From IMG/VR virus record IMGVR_UViG_3300030372_001232, positions 1-52,011 of that record: a stretch of DNA of 52,011 bases; one strand, given 5' to 3'. How positions within the stretch are numbered: the first letter of the stretch is position 1; each line of letters starts with the position of its first letter. This DNA is from a virus. Its lineage: Duplodnaviria; Caudoviricetes. A model generated the notes under the pieces. The model was not told where the DNA came from. It did no database searches and saw only the letters and a program-made list of their open reading frames with translations. Positions 16,646 through 26,143 of this stretch are shown here, in pieces. A program made the position numbers and the translations under genes.

Positions 16646-18583
16646 TTAGTCCTCCTGTGGGGCAGTAACATCAACTAACTCACAAACACCGCCAGTGCAT
16701 GCAAGCTCTTGAGAACCTGTAGTATTATCTTCAGTCTCATACTTTATAAGCTCACTAAAGTCTATAGTAGTAGGCATATCTTTTCTTAGCTCTAGATATT
16801 CTTTTCTTTCTATGTCTTGATAAGGAGCTTGTTTATATATGTGGTCGGTATAAGGTAAGAAACTAATACCAGACACTTCATCAAAGTATTTGTACACCCA
16901 AGAACCTACTTCCATCCATTCATCTTCTTTAACACTCACAGTGCAAGAAGGTTTATGTTCACACCATTCTCTTTGATACTTTAACCACAACTCTAATTGT
17001 TGTATAGCTGACATACTGTTTCTAGTTATCGAGCCAGTTGGAGATGCAGTAGGAAAAGAAAACACCATTACTGAATCTGGTTTAGTTATGTCTGGTTCGT
17101 TAGGAACTCCTTGGTCTATCATGAGTTGAGTTAGTGGGTCTTTCTTATCACATCTAACTGTTCTTATATAGTAAGGGTTGTGTCTAGTATGAATACCAGA
17201 AGCACTATCAACTAACTGACTTACTGTTCCACTAGGTTTTACACAAGTAATTGCTGCAGATTGATTTATCTTTAGCTTTTTAGCCATCTCTTTATTAGTA
17301 TCTATAGCAACTTGTTTTAGTTCAGATAAGAATCCTCTATCTGGATTGTTGGTAAGTTTACTATCCATTATACCTGTAAGAGATACACCTAATAGTCTTT
17401 CATCTTCTGTGTTTTGTTTCCATATCTTACGAATGTACTTAAAATCAGTAAGTGTAGATTGAAATGTACCTAGTATAGTAGCGAGTCTAATTTTTTCTTT
17501 TAGCTCTAACTTATTATCCGTAGCACGAACAACTACTTCTGTAAGGTTACAGAACTGATAAGGTCTTAAGATAATTTCTGAACAAGGATTAGTACCAAAC
17601 TCATGTTCACTATCTCTTCTTCCATTCTCTTTTGCCTTTTCAACTGCAGCTTGTCTATTAAAGATACCTCTTTCTCCAGACTTACTATCGTATAAAGCTT
17701 TCCATTCAGACATAAATAAAGCCATGTCTGGTCGTCTTGCATAACAAGCAGAGTTATTAGCTAATGCTCTTTGTCCATTATCTAACCACCATTGTCCGCT
17801 TTTTGCATTACGAAGTCTATCATCTTGTATATTACTAAGTGATATTAAAGCTGACCTACGAACACCACCTACAACAACAACTTCTCCTATCTTACAAACT
17901 AAATCATGACACTCAAGAGCATCAAGCTTTCTACCAGAAGCATTTTTAAATGTAGTAATTGCAAAGTCAAACAAATCTACAAGAGGTTGTGGACCACTTG
18001 CACGACCACCAAATGTTTTAAGTCTAGCACCTGCAGGTCTTACTCTTGTTACATCTATCTTTGGAACTTGACCACCATATAACATGCCAAGTAATTCTCT
18101 CAAAGATTTTGCCCAACCAGTTCTACTGTCTTGAACTACAACAACTGTATCACTATCCTCAAACTCTTCAGCAATAGTGGGTAATTGTTCTACATAGTTT
18201 CTTTCAACAGAAAAACCAACACCAGTTCCACACATTAATATATACATTATTTCATCAAAACTTCTCACATCATTGATAGGTATATAACTACAATTATAAC
18301 CAGCAGTATGGTCTTTAGATAAAGCATTACCTGCCGTCATCAAAGCTCTCATAGAAGGCATGATACCTAAACTAAGAACTGCGTTTTCTAAATCGTTTCT
18401 TAATTCTTTTGATAAGTTATATTTATTATTTTCTTTTAGATGTTCTTGCATAAAGTCAAAGTATCTTGATACAGTTTCTTCCCAAGTCTCTCTTCTTTTT
18501 TCTGAATCAACAAACCTCGCATACCTAGATGCATGGATAAATTGTTGATAGGTCGTTGGTAGATAATTATTATTATTAGTCAT
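16646..18583 (-). CDS. nrdJ: Class II adenosylcobalamin-dependent ribonucleotide reductase (monomeric RTPR type)
   Basis: YNCSY, GTGVGFSV, VRRSALISL, TNPCSEI, CNLTEV, TCVKPSGTVSQL and C-terminal ACTGGVC. No beta-subunit gene is seen. Start set at MTNNN after AAGGAG. Confidence 0.9.
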   Translation of the reverse strand: MTNNNNYLPTTYQQFIHASRYARFVDSEKRRETWEETVSRYFDFMQEHLKENNKYNLSKELRNDLENAVLSLGIMPSMRALMTAGNALSKDHTAGYNCSYIPINDVRSFDEIMYILMCGTGVGFSVERNYVEQLPTIAEEFEDSDTVVVVQDSRTGWAKSLRELLGMLYGGQVPKIDVTRVRPAGARLKTFGGRASGPQPLVDLFDFAITTFKNASGRKLDALECHDLVCKIGEVVVVGGVRRSALISLSNIQDDRLRNAKSGQWWLDNGQRALANNSACYARRPDMALFMSEWKALYDSKSGERGIFNRQAAVEKAKENGRRDSEHEFGTNPCSEIILRPYQFCNLTEVVVRATDNKLELKEKIRLATILGTFQSTLTDFKYIRKIWKQNTEDERLLGVSLTGIMDSKLTNNPDRGFLSELKQVAIDTNKEMAKKLKINQSAAITCVKPSGTVSQLVDSASGIHTRHNPYYIRTVRCDKKDPLTQLMIDQGVPNEPDITKPDSVMVFSFPTASPTGSITRNSMSAIQQLELWLKYQREWCEHKPSCTVSVKEDEWMEVGSWVYKYFDEVSGISFLPYTDHIYKQAPYQDIERKEYLELRKDMPTTIDFSELIKYETEDNTTGSQELACTGGVCELVDVTAPQED

Positions 18584-18851
18584 TTGTTTCTCCTTCCGAT
18601 AATTCACCTGCTATAGAACTATAACCTACCATGTCAACATAATCATCTATGTTATGTGAACCTGCTTTAGTTCTTGCAACTTTTAATAATACCATCATCA
18701 ATGCAACATCACGACCGTTAATGTCTCTGTCAAGATAGGCTGACCACATCTTTGCTATATTATCATGATTTATTTTTTTGTTACCATGTGTCAACTCTCT
18801 ATCAGTAGACACAATATCTTTTGCTTTATCAATGTATGCTTGGGTCTTCAT
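18576..18851 (-). CDS. DUF6378-like phage protein
   Basis: DR..THG...IAKMWSAYL...DVALMMVLLKVAR...DDYVDMVGY pattern. Confidence 0.7.
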   Translation of the reverse strand: MKTQAYIDKAKDIVSTDRELTHGNKKINHDNIAKMWSAYLDRDINGRDVALMMVLLKVARTKAGSHNIDDYVDMVGYSSIAGELSEGETND

Positions 18852-19083
18852 CTTTTGTCTTTACCTTTCCTTTAGCTAAATTATCAATTAGTTCCATTTC
18901 CATTTCTCTAGCTCCTATATAATATAAAAGCTCTGGATTACTAGTAATCAACCAACGAATACCATAAGAGATAGTATCTACTGATGGGTCTTCAGTGTAG
19001 TTTATCATTTCCAAACCAACATCACCTTCTCTTGGTGTGTTAGGTGTCAGTATTATGTAGGCTTTATCTTTATTTATCTTCAT
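18829..19083 (-). CDS. Hypothetical protein
   Basis: Start set at ATG 19083, coupled to the stop of the endonuclease gene. Confidence 0.6.
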   Translation of the reverse strand: MKINKDKAYIILTPNTPREGDVGLEMINYTEDPSVDTISYGIRWLITSNPELLYYIGAREMEMELIDNLAKGKVKTKDEDPSIH

Positions 19084-19448
19084 TATTTTATCCAATCTAA
19101 AGGTATACTTTTGTCGCACCAAATAAAATTATTAGCTTCACACCAATCACTATACTTAGTTTTAGAACCCTTTCTTATTTTGTTGTTTGCATTCATAAAA
19201 CAAAAACGAATATCAAAATCTGTTTGGTCTTGTATCCATAAATGTTTTTTTCTATCATCGAGAGTTAGTCTTCCTTTTAACTCAACGAATATCTTAGTCT
19301 TTGGAAAGTATAAGTCTGGTAGATAAGTTCTATCAATAGCAGGTTGAACATAATCAATCTCATACTCTTCATATTTATACTTTACTTTTTTCTTTCTAAG
19401 TTCGTTGACAATATTTTCTTCAAACTTAGAGCGATAACGAACCTTCAT
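19083..19448 (-). CDS. T7 endonuclease I-like Holliday junction resolvase
   Basis: YRSKFE, YLPD, IFVELKG, DRKKH, DIRFCF and YSDWC motifs. Confidence 0.9.
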   Translation of the reverse strand: MKVRYRSKFEENIVNELRKKKVKYKYEEYEIDYVQPAIDRTYLPDLYFPKTKIFVELKGRLTLDDRKKHLWIQDQTDFDIRFCFMNANNKIRKGSKTKYSDWCEANNFIWCDKSIPLDWIK

Positions 19449-19737
19449 TCTCCATTCTTTCTTTTCTTAATCGTCTAGCATTAGGTAAAGCACTTTGTTG
19501 TAAGTCTTCAAATGCCCAATGTGGATTTCTTTTTAGTCTTTTCATTACCCATTTAAATGACCAAGCACTTAAGTGTAATTGAAAGTCGTGTATATAATGA
19601 GTCTGTGTTGGCATTAAACTTAATATATTATTTATATTAACTTTCTTTTGTTCTTCTTCTGGAAGTAAAGACTTTAACCACAAAACCAAAAACTCTTTTG
19701 CTCTTCGTCTTAATACTTTTATTTTTTTTCTATTCAT
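19426..19737 (-). CDS. Hypothetical protein
   Basis: 103 aa, overlapping both neighbours in the operon. Confidence 0.65.
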   Translation of the reverse strand: MNRKKIKVLRRRAKEFLVLWLKSLLPEEEQKKVNINNILSLMPTQTHYIHDFQLHLSAWSFKWVMKRLKRNPHWAFEDLQQSALPNARRLRKERMENEGSLSL

Positions 19738-20635
19738 ATTGTGCAGTTATCTCCTCAACCTTTGGTAAGTTAACTACCTTAGTCATAAATACATTTGCGT
19801 TTGCATACTTGAACACCCTGAGTCCACTGCCAGAATTAGCGTCAGAATGACAAACGAACTTATGAGAACAGTACACACACCCAACAGGAAGCTTGAGGTT
19901 TCCAGTTTTATCGTGAGGAATCGGTTCATAACATTTCTCAGGTGGTTCATTTTTACTTAGTTTCTCCTTTAAATTAATTATTAAATCTTTAGCATTGGGT
20001 TTCATTAATTCATCTGGTCTGAACAATGCTATCTCTCCAGATGATTTGTTTACTGCAAGTAGTCCTCCGTTACTAGTGCCTTCATTGTGTTCGTAACCTG
20101 CGACTTGTGCAATATATCCGAATGGGTCATCTTCATACAGAGTTCCATTCTTAAACTTCTTGAATGACATGGCTGAAGCAGACTTAACATCAACAACTTC
20201 TCCATCAATCTTACAGTCCATGTGACCATTAACATCTTCTACTTGTACTTTCTTTTGTTGGTCAGTAACTTTATGTCCCGCAACTTCAACAAGAAATAAC
20301 AGTAAGTGTTCTAGTACATGACCATATAAAAACTTTAACTGTGTTGATGGGTCATGTATTTCTTGTTTTCTTTCTATATGATTGTCATACCAAAGTTGTC
20401 TAGCAGGTCGACCAATAACAGACATTCGTAAACCTTTACCAGAACTTTTTCTTGGTTGTAACCAATCTAGTAAAGCAAGTTTAGTATTGTTTAAGAACTT
20501 ATCTATCTGTTCTTCTTTTACATCAGGTGCTTTACCACTCGATATACCAGTAAGTATATTATTTACATCATCAACTAATGTATCTAAAGTCTTAGTGTGT
20601 TTCTTGCCAGTTGTTCCCATACTTATATTCTCCAT
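19730..20635 (-). CDS. PD-(D/E)xK (Cas4-like) exonuclease
   Basis: LRMSVIGRPARQLWY, KFLYGH, GHMD...VVDVKSAS, GYIAQ and C-terminal CVYCSHKFVC. Confidence 0.8.
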   Translation of the reverse strand: MENISMGTTGKKHTKTLDTLVDDVNNILTGISSGKAPDVKEEQIDKFLNNTKLALLDWLQPRKSSGKGLRMSVIGRPARQLWYDNHIERKQEIHDPSTQLKFLYGHVLEHLLLFLVEVAGHKVTDQQKKVQVEDVNGHMDCKIDGEVVDVKSASAMSFKKFKNGTLYEDDPFGYIAQVAGYEHNEGTSNGGLLAVNKSSGEIALFRPDELMKPNAKDLIINLKEKLSKNEPPEKCYEPIPHDKTGNLKLPVGCVYCSHKFVCHSDANSGSGLRVFKYANANVFMTKVVNLPKVEEITAQYE

Positions 20636-22319
20636 TTAAAGGACATCTAATTCCTAGTTCTTTACCTGCGTTGATAATAGAGTCAACTGCAAGACTACCA
20701 AAGTCTTCTGCTTGAGTTTCTAATACTTCATATTGAAATTCATCATGAACATTAGCAACTGGTCTGGCTTTTAGTTTATGTTTACTAACTTGTTCTTCTA
20801 AAAGAATCAAAGCTTTCTTCATAACTATCGCCCCTCCACCTTGTATTAAGGTGTTGAGGGCGGAGTGTCGGTTTCGGATTCTGAGTTTTCTTCCGTCGAT
20901 TCCTTTGAGCCAACCTTTTCCAGTAGCTTTGTCCACTCGTTTTCTAAAGTTTGCAAGGGCTGGAGTACGGCTGAGAAATCTGCTTTTAATCGCTTTGCCA
21001 TGATTTCTAGACCCTCCGCAGATAGCTCCGAGCTTTTCGTCACCTGCCCCATATATGAAGGCATAGATGAAAGTTTTTGCCTGGTCTCTCGTGCTAAGTC
21101 CTGCAAGACTTTGATTTGTAGTGTGTATATCTCCATTAATGATAGCATCTATATATTCCTTATCGTTCATGTAGTGGGACAATATTCTTAACTCAAGTCC
21201 AGAAGCATCTACTCCCACTAATTTGTAGCCTTCTGGAACTACCCATAGTTCTCTGCATTCTTTACCGTAGGGAGAATACACTGCAGGAACTTGAGCCATG
21301 TTGGGCGACTGGTGACTCATTCTACCAGTGATAGCACCATTGGTTATCACTCTTCCGTGTACTCTCCCATCTTCTGCTACTGCCTCTACCCAAGATTCAA
21401 CTTGAGCTATTCGTTTCTGCAGTAGTAGAAACTCTTTAATAAGTTCTGCCTCTGGTATATCTGTAATACCTTGTAGAACTTTCTCATCTACTATTGGTTG
21501 TCCATGTTCAGTAAACTTAGTCGGATTCCAACCAAAGTATCTTAAGTATCTTGCAATCTGTTGTCGACTACCAAGATTAAACTCTTTCATTTCTATGAGA
21601 GAAAAATCTCCCATAACATTGACCCACCCCTCTCCCAGACCATTCAGTCCAACCGTACTCAGAGAACCGTCTTTACGATAACGAGGCTTCACTATCTTGA
21701 CGAAGGTTGGCAGTGGTGTAAATCTTTCTCTAACCTTTTGTTCAATCTCATTTATCTTCTCTCTCAACTTACCTAACAAAAGGTCTGCCTTCGTTACATC
21801 AAAAAGAAAACCATTGTTCTCTTGTTGTGTGATTATCCTAGCTATGTCGTGTTCTAGTCTAATCGCCTCACGAGAAAAGTCTGGATTATGTTTAATCAAA
21901 TAACCAAGAACTCTTTCCGTAAGTTCTACATCTCTGATACAATACTCAAGCATCTCATCAGAGTATTCAGAGAAATCTTTAAAGTCTAACTTACCAAACT
22001 TTAATCTTTCTCCAAAAGATTTTAAAGAATGTCCACCCTCTCTAACTGGGTCGAACAGTCTTGACAAAACTAAAGTATCAATAACTTTACCTTTATCATG
22101 TAGGTCAATACCAATAATCTTTTTAATAACTGGTGCATCAAATCCTATAATGTTATGCCCAACGAACTCATCATACCTATCAATATAAGAACTAAACTTA
22201 TCAAGCTCATCTTCTTTAAAGTATGTGATTTGTTTGTCGTCTTTACATACAATAAGAAAAATTCTATCTGGTAATAAATTCGTAATAGCCGTTGTTTCAA
22301 CATCTAAAAATACTCGCAT
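20592..22319 (-). CDS. polA: Family A DNA polymerase (T7 gp5-like) with 3'-5' exonuclease
   Basis: LDVET, GHNIIGFD and YCIRDV exonuclease motifs. Polymerase motifs DASGLELR (A), RDQAKTFIYAFIYG (B, Tyr-762 type) and VHDE (C). Confidence 0.97.
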   Translation of the reverse strand: MRVFLDVETTAITNLLPDRIFLIVCKDDKQITYFKEDELDKFSSYIDRYDEFVGHNIIGFDAPVIKKIIGIDLHDKGKVIDTLVLSRLFDPVREGGHSLKSFGERLKFGKLDFKDFSEYSDEMLEYCIRDVELTERVLGYLIKHNPDFSREAIRLEHDIARIITQQENNGFLFDVTKADLLLGKLREKINEIEQKVRERFTPLPTFVKIVKPRYRKDGSLSTVGLNGLGEGWVNVMGDFSLIEMKEFNLGSRQQIARYLRYFGWNPTKFTEHGQPIVDEKVLQGITDIPEAELIKEFLLLQKRIAQVESWVEAVAEDGRVHGRVITNGAITGRMSHQSPNMAQVPAVYSPYGKECRELWVVPEGYKLVGVDASGLELRILSHYMNDKEYIDAIINGDIHTTNQSLAGLSTRDQAKTFIYAFIYGAGDEKLGAICGGSRNHGKAIKSRFLSRTPALANFRKRVDKATGKGWLKGIDGRKLRIRNRHSALNTLIQGGGAIVMKKALILLEEQVSKHKLKARPVANVHDEFQYEVLETQAEDFGSLAVDSIINAGKELGIRCPLNGEYKYGNNWQETH

Positions 22320-22333
22320 CAATCTCGCCCTTG

Positions 22334-23986
22334 TTATAATGTTTCATCTTCAAACTCTTCGCCAGTTGGTTTCTCAGTCTCGTGTAGTCTACCAGTTTCT
22401 TTATCATAGTACAGATATGTAGCTGGACCAGTCATACCTATAAATCTATTCTTCAATACTCTTACGCAAGTTGTATTCCTTACAGTAGGACTATCATTCT
22501 GTGCATCTCTTTCAAGACCAATAACCATATCAGATAACTGACCAATAGAAGCCGAACCTCTTAGTTGTGATAGTGAAGTTGCCGCTCCCTCTTCATGTCC
22601 TTTACCATCTGGTCTACGCAAGTGTGAGATAAGTATCAAAGCTATATCTGTTTCTTCGACAAGAGTTCTTAGCTTTGTCATAATCTCATCAAGTGCTTTT
22701 CTTTCATCTCCATACTCTTGAGATGATACAACCATACTAACATGGTCAAGTACAATGTATCTACAATCTAATGCTTTAGCCATGTACCTAACTCTAGATA
22801 CAATATTATCTACTGAGTTAGAACCAAAGTGTTTGTAGAAATAAAATCTACCAGTACCTACAGTAGCATCAAAGTATTTTCTTTTATCTTCATCACTCAT
22901 ATGAATGTCTGGTCTACGCAAAGGTAGGTTAGCTTCGACACTCATGATATCTAATGCAGTAATCTTAGGACTTTCTTCAAGCATAATCATACCAATCTTT
23001 TCTTCTGTTTTCTTGAATAGATTGTATACTAATTCTTTTATGATAGAAGTTTTACCAAGACCTGTGCCTGCAGTAAATGTTACTAGCTCGCCACTACGAA
23101 TACCATAAGTCATTTCATCTAGTCCTTGCCAACCATAATTAACTGTTGACCTTACGACTGGAGAAAGAACTTCTTCTAGTAATGACTCGCCCTTGATAAT
23201 ACCATCTGGTGCATAGGTAGGTGCATTCCACCATGCTTTGATATACTCTTGATACTTGTTAGCTTTGAGTAAATCATTCGCATCTTTGTATCCTTCTGGT
23301 AATTTTAATATCTTAACTTTTGATGGGGCGAACAACTCGGCAACTTTTTTACTTGCCTCTCTACCGACATCATCATTATCAAAGTTAATAACAATGTTAT
23401 CGAATTGGTCTAACCAATCATAGCTTTTCTTGATATCTTTGAGGGCAGACGCAACACCATTCTTGATACTAACTACTGCATACTTTGAACCAAGTAATTG
23501 ATAGACTGATAACGCATCAATCTCACCCTCTGTTATGGTAACATACTTACCACCATTGTATAACTGCTGACCGAACAATCCTGAGTCGGAGGTTGAACCC
23601 TTTATCGAGAATTGTTTATTCTTCACATACCTAGTCTTGGTAGCTAAAAGAGAACCAGTCGAGTCATAGTATGGGTAGATGTGTCTGTCTATCGTGCCAC
23701 TTGCGTCGCTGATAACTTTGACCCCGTACTTTTTAACTGTGTCTTCGTTGATACATCTATCGCCGATAGCACTAAAAGTACCTGCGTTATTTTCTATTAT
23801 TATTGGTTTTGTTTGAACTGTTTGTATGCCCATTGTGTCGCCCTCATCTATATTTGTTTGTTCTGCTGGGAAGTAAGTGTTGCAAGAGAAACAATAAGAA
23901 CTACCGTTTCTATTAACACTTCTTGCATCACTACTCCCACACTTATCACAAGCTATGTGATACTTAACAAAGTTGTTGTTATCCAT
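22334..23986 (-). CDS. T7 gp4-like primase-helicase
   Basis: CDKC/CFSC zinc finger, ITEGEIDALS and FDND TOPRIM motifs, AGTGLGKT Walker A, VLDH, LRGSASIGQLSD and LKNRF. Confidence 0.96.
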   Translation of the reverse strand: MDNNNFVKYHIACDKCGSSDARSVNRNGSSYCFSCNTYFPAEQTNIDEGDTMGIQTVQTKPIIIENNAGTFSAIGDRCINEDTVKKYGVKVISDASGTIDRHIYPYYDSTGSLLATKTRYVKNKQFSIKGSTSDSGLFGQQLYNGGKYVTITEGEIDALSVYQLLGSKYAVVSIKNGVASALKDIKKSYDWLDQFDNIVINFDNDDVGREASKKVAELFAPSKVKILKLPEGYKDANDLLKANKYQEYIKAWWNAPTYAPDGIIKGESLLEEVLSPVVRSTVNYGWQGLDEMTYGIRSGELVTFTAGTGLGKTSIIKELVYNLFKKTEEKIGMIMLEESPKITALDIMSVEANLPLRRPDIHMSDEDKRKYFDATVGTGRFYFYKHFGSNSVDNIVSRVRYMAKALDCRYIVLDHVSMVVSSQEYGDERKALDEIMTKLRTLVEETDIALILISHLRRPDGKGHEEGAATSLSQLRGSASIGQLSDMVIGLERDAQNDSPTVRNTTCVRVLKNRFIGMTGPATYLYYDKETGRLHETEKPTGEEFEDETL

Positions 23987-23996
23987 TGTGTCGCCC
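23830..23996 (-). repeat. Identical 14-nt initiation sequence at the primase start and at internal Met52
   Basis: GGGCGACACAATGG on the minus strand at 23983-23996 and 23830-23843, both in frame. Confidence 0.85.
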
Positions 23997-24013
23997 CAAT
24001 CATTTTAACTTAA

Positions 24014-24442
24014 TTAAAATTCATCAACGGAATCTGTTGCAACAAAGCCGTCAACCTTATCGAACTCTTCCCCATAAGGAATTAAGTCAATAACTTGAAC
24101 TGCTTGTAAGTCTAAGCCTACACCAGATTTACCTGCGTAATTCCAATCGTATTCTTTGTACATAACTTTCACTTCAGAACCGTTACCTACAAGAACATCA
24201 ATCGCATTCTTAGCAGAGTCCACTAGCTTTGGAGCAGGGTTACTCGTACCGTCTGCACGATTAACTCTTCGTTTGAATTTAACAATCTTACCTCGCTCAT
24301 CTTCTTTAACAGTAATGCCTTTGCTGCTAAAGTCTTTAGCAACATCATCATCAACTGCTAAGTCAATCTGATAAACAGGGTCGAAAGTTGTGTTGGGTCT
24401 AGTGATAGATGCCCAATATGCTTTTCCTTGAACTGTAGCCAT
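24014..24442 (-). CDS. T7 gp2.5-like single-stranded DNA-binding protein
   Basis: GKAYWA, VGNGSEV, LQAVQVIDL and an acidic tail ending in Phe. Confidence 0.85.
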   Translation of the reverse strand: MATVQGKAYWASITRPNTTFDPVYQIDLAVDDDVAKDFSSKGITVKEDERGKIVKFKRRVNRADGTSNPAPKLVDSAKNAIDVLVGNGSEVKVMYKEYDWNYAGKSGVGLDLQAVQVIDLIPYGEEFDKVDGFVATDSVDEF

Positions 24443-24488
24443 AATGTTTTCTCCTAATGTTATTTGTTAATGTTATTATAATGTTTGC

Positions 24489-24517
24489 ATTATACCATAG
24501 AACTTTTTACTTGTCAA
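24489..24517 (-). promoter_or_regulatory. Consensus sigma70 promoter for the replication operon
   Basis: Minus strand TTGACA-17-TATAAT with TGn. Confidence 0.9.
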
Positions 24518-24632
24518 CAACATAATGCAGTTATTTAAAAACAGGACACAAAAATCCCATTTAAAAATATTTTAAAATGTTATTATTGTTTTTATTATTA
24601 TTATAATAATAACTCTTTAAAAATCTATATAG

Positions 24633-24661
24633 ATTATATCACGATTCGTTTTCATTGTCAA
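24633..24661 (-). promoter_or_regulatory. Second consensus sigma70 promoter upstream of ssb
   Basis: Minus strand TTGACA-17-TATAAT with TGn. Confidence 0.85.
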
Positions 24662-24878
24662 GAACTTTTTTATTGTTATCCACAATTCTTAATCTATTTC
24701 TCTTCCTAATGTTCTCGCTTTGTTCTTTTAAATAGTTAAGGTATTGAATATCCTTGATTTTTACTTGAGGTAAACAATCCCAAACTGTTTGTATATACCA
24801 AGCTATGTTGTCTTGATTTATCTCTCCCTTAATTAAAACATTAAATAATTCTTTAGCTTCCTTTGTTATCGTAGTCAT
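24639..24878 (-). CDS. Hypothetical protein
   Basis: 79 aa, GGGGAG RBS. Confidence 0.6.
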   Translation of the reverse strand: MTTITKEAKELFNVLIKGEINQDNIAWYIQTVWDCLPQVKIKDIQYLNYLKEQSENIRKRNRLRIVDNNKKVLDNENES

Positions 24879-25047
24879 GTAGTCGCTCCCCTCTTTTTAT
24901 TAAAGTCCAATATGTTTGAGCCTCTCTCAATAGTTTTTTTATTGTTCTTCTCTGTACTATTATGTCTTTCTCTTTTAAAGAACTAGAGATATACTCACTC
25001 ATAAAATCTTCAAAGTCTTTACCGAATAATATTTTGTATGAGTCCAT
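24853..25047 (-). CDS. Hypothetical protein
   Basis: 64 aa within a tightly packed operon. Confidence 0.55.
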   Translation of the reverse strand: MDSYKILFGKDFEDFMSEYISSSLKEKDIIVQRRTIKKLLREAQTYWTLIKRGERLHDYDNKGS

Positions 25048-25188
25048 TTATAAATCCCATCTTACATTCTGATAAATCCAAATTAAACTTTCTATTGGTT
25101 CATGTTGACCTCCATAAGGCGACAAATAAACCACTAATATAAATATAAATATTGCAGATATTATAGATGATAAAAATAATTCTTTCAT
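25048..25188 (-). CDS. Small membrane protein (46 aa)
   Basis: MKELFLSSIISAIFIFILVVYLSPYGGQHEPIESLIWIYQNVRWDL, ATGA-coupled. Confidence 0.55.
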   Translation of the reverse strand: MKELFLSSIISAIFIFILVVYLSPYGGQHEPIESLIWIYQNVRWDL

Positions 25189-25268
25189 AGTAATCCAAAA
25201 TAATATGAAACAACAAATAATATTACTCCAACTATAATACCTATTGTTAATAATTCTAACTTGTTCAT
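25185..25268 (-). CDS. Single-TM microprotein (27 aa)
   Basis: MNKLELLTIGIIVGVILFVVSYYFGLL, with ATGA overlaps at both ends. Confidence 0.55.
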   Translation of the reverse strand: MNKLELLTIGIIVGVILFVVSYYFGLL

Positions 25269-25345
25269 GTCATAACACCTACTGTAATAACAAAAACTGT
25301 AAACACAATAGCTATTATAATTACTTTTATATCTTCTTTACTCAT
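25265..25345 (-). CDS. Single-TM microprotein (26 aa)
   Basis: MSKEDIKVIIIAIVFTVFVITVGVMT overlaps the upstream stop and the downstream start. Confidence 0.5.
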   Translation of the reverse strand: MSKEDIKVIIIAIVFTVFVITVGVMT

Positions 25346-25733
25346 CTGACATACTATAAAATTGTTCACTAAATATTTCTTTGATAGGTATAAGTACACA
25401 CTTAGATGCTTTACTATCCCCTACATTCTTTGTAAGTTTATCTTTGTATTTATCTACGATACCTTTCAATACCTTTGTTGGAAACACAAGGGTGCAGAAC
25501 TCGCCCTCTTTTAATTCTAATCTATGAAACCAATAGTCACTTTCAGTTTTATAGATACCGCTCGGCTTACCTCGATACTCGTACTCGATTGCTATGTTTC
25601 CAGTCTTTCTCCACCAAGACCTCTCACTTTTAACTTCAATAGTTTTATTCTCAAACATTTCTTTGACTTTATCTTCTCGTATTTGTCCATAAGATAAGTC
25701 AATATCAAACTTTGTAAATCCTTTTTTAGTCAT
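25338..25733 (-). CDS. Conserved phage protein, putative PD-(D/E)xK nuclease fold
   Basis: FDIDL.YGQ..E, IEVKSE, TGNIAIEY and KPSGI..TESDYW. Confidence 0.65.
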   Translation of the reverse strand: MTKKGFTKFDIDLSYGQIREDKVKEMFENKTIEVKSERSWWRKTGNIAIEYEYRGKPSGIYKTESDYWFHRLELKEGEFCTLVFPTKVLKGIVDKYKDKLTKNVGDSKASKCVLIPIKEIFSEQFYSMSDE

Positions 25734-25936
25734 AGTTTAACCCCCAATACTACTAGTATTCCTGTTAACAATACTATTATTATAAATAATTCTATTCCTA
25801 ATATAGTATGATACCATATCCATCTAGTTTTATATGCGTTGTCAATGCTCAAATCATCTGGGTCTGGACTGTCATACCCATCTATGTCTGTTTCTGGATT
25901 TTGACCCCACATTGTTTTCATTATCCGTCTAAACAT
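25730..25936 (-). CDS. Small membrane protein
   Basis: GGAGG RBS. AYKTRWIWYHTIL followed by a hydrophobic helix. Confidence 0.7.
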   Translation of the reverse strand: MFRRIMKTMWGQNPETDIDGYDSPDPDDLSIDNAYKTRWIWYHTILGIELFIIIVLLTGILVVLGVKL

Positions 25937-25945
25937 AAGTCCTCC

Positions 25946-25974
25946 ATTATAACATTTTTATTTAAAAAAGTCAA
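25946..25974 (-). promoter_or_regulatory. Near-consensus sigma70 promoter
   Basis: Minus strand TTGACT-17-TATAAT with TGn. Confidence 0.75.
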
Positions 25975-26135
25975 GATATATTACCACTTTCTTTGTATAA
26001 AGTATCTAGCATATCGCTTTGTTCTCTATCAAAGTGTTTGATAATATCTTCTATCCTATAGTAAGGAATAGAATCTTCCTCTCTAAACTCATCAAGAATA
26101 TATCTTAATCTTGCTACTACTTTGTCTGCTCCCAT
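25971..26135 (-). CDS. Hypothetical protein (54 aa)
   Basis: MGADKVVARLRYILDEFREEDSIPYYRIEDIIKHFD..., AGGGGG RBS, fills the gap. Confidence 0.55.
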   Translation of the reverse strand: MGADKVVARLRYILDEFREEDSIPYYRIEDIIKHFDREQSDMLDTLYKESGNIS

Positions 26136-26143
26136 TGTTCCCC

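Noticed and set aside
18067-18087. MLYGGQV in the RNR matching the [FYM]xxGG tag
   Set aside because: It lies inside a conserved enzyme fold on the replication arm and is treated as a chance match. It shows the motif needs a statistical test.
19730-20635. Cas4-like gene as evidence of a CRISPR system
   Set aside because: Stand-alone PD-(D/E)xK exonucleases are routine in phage replication modules.
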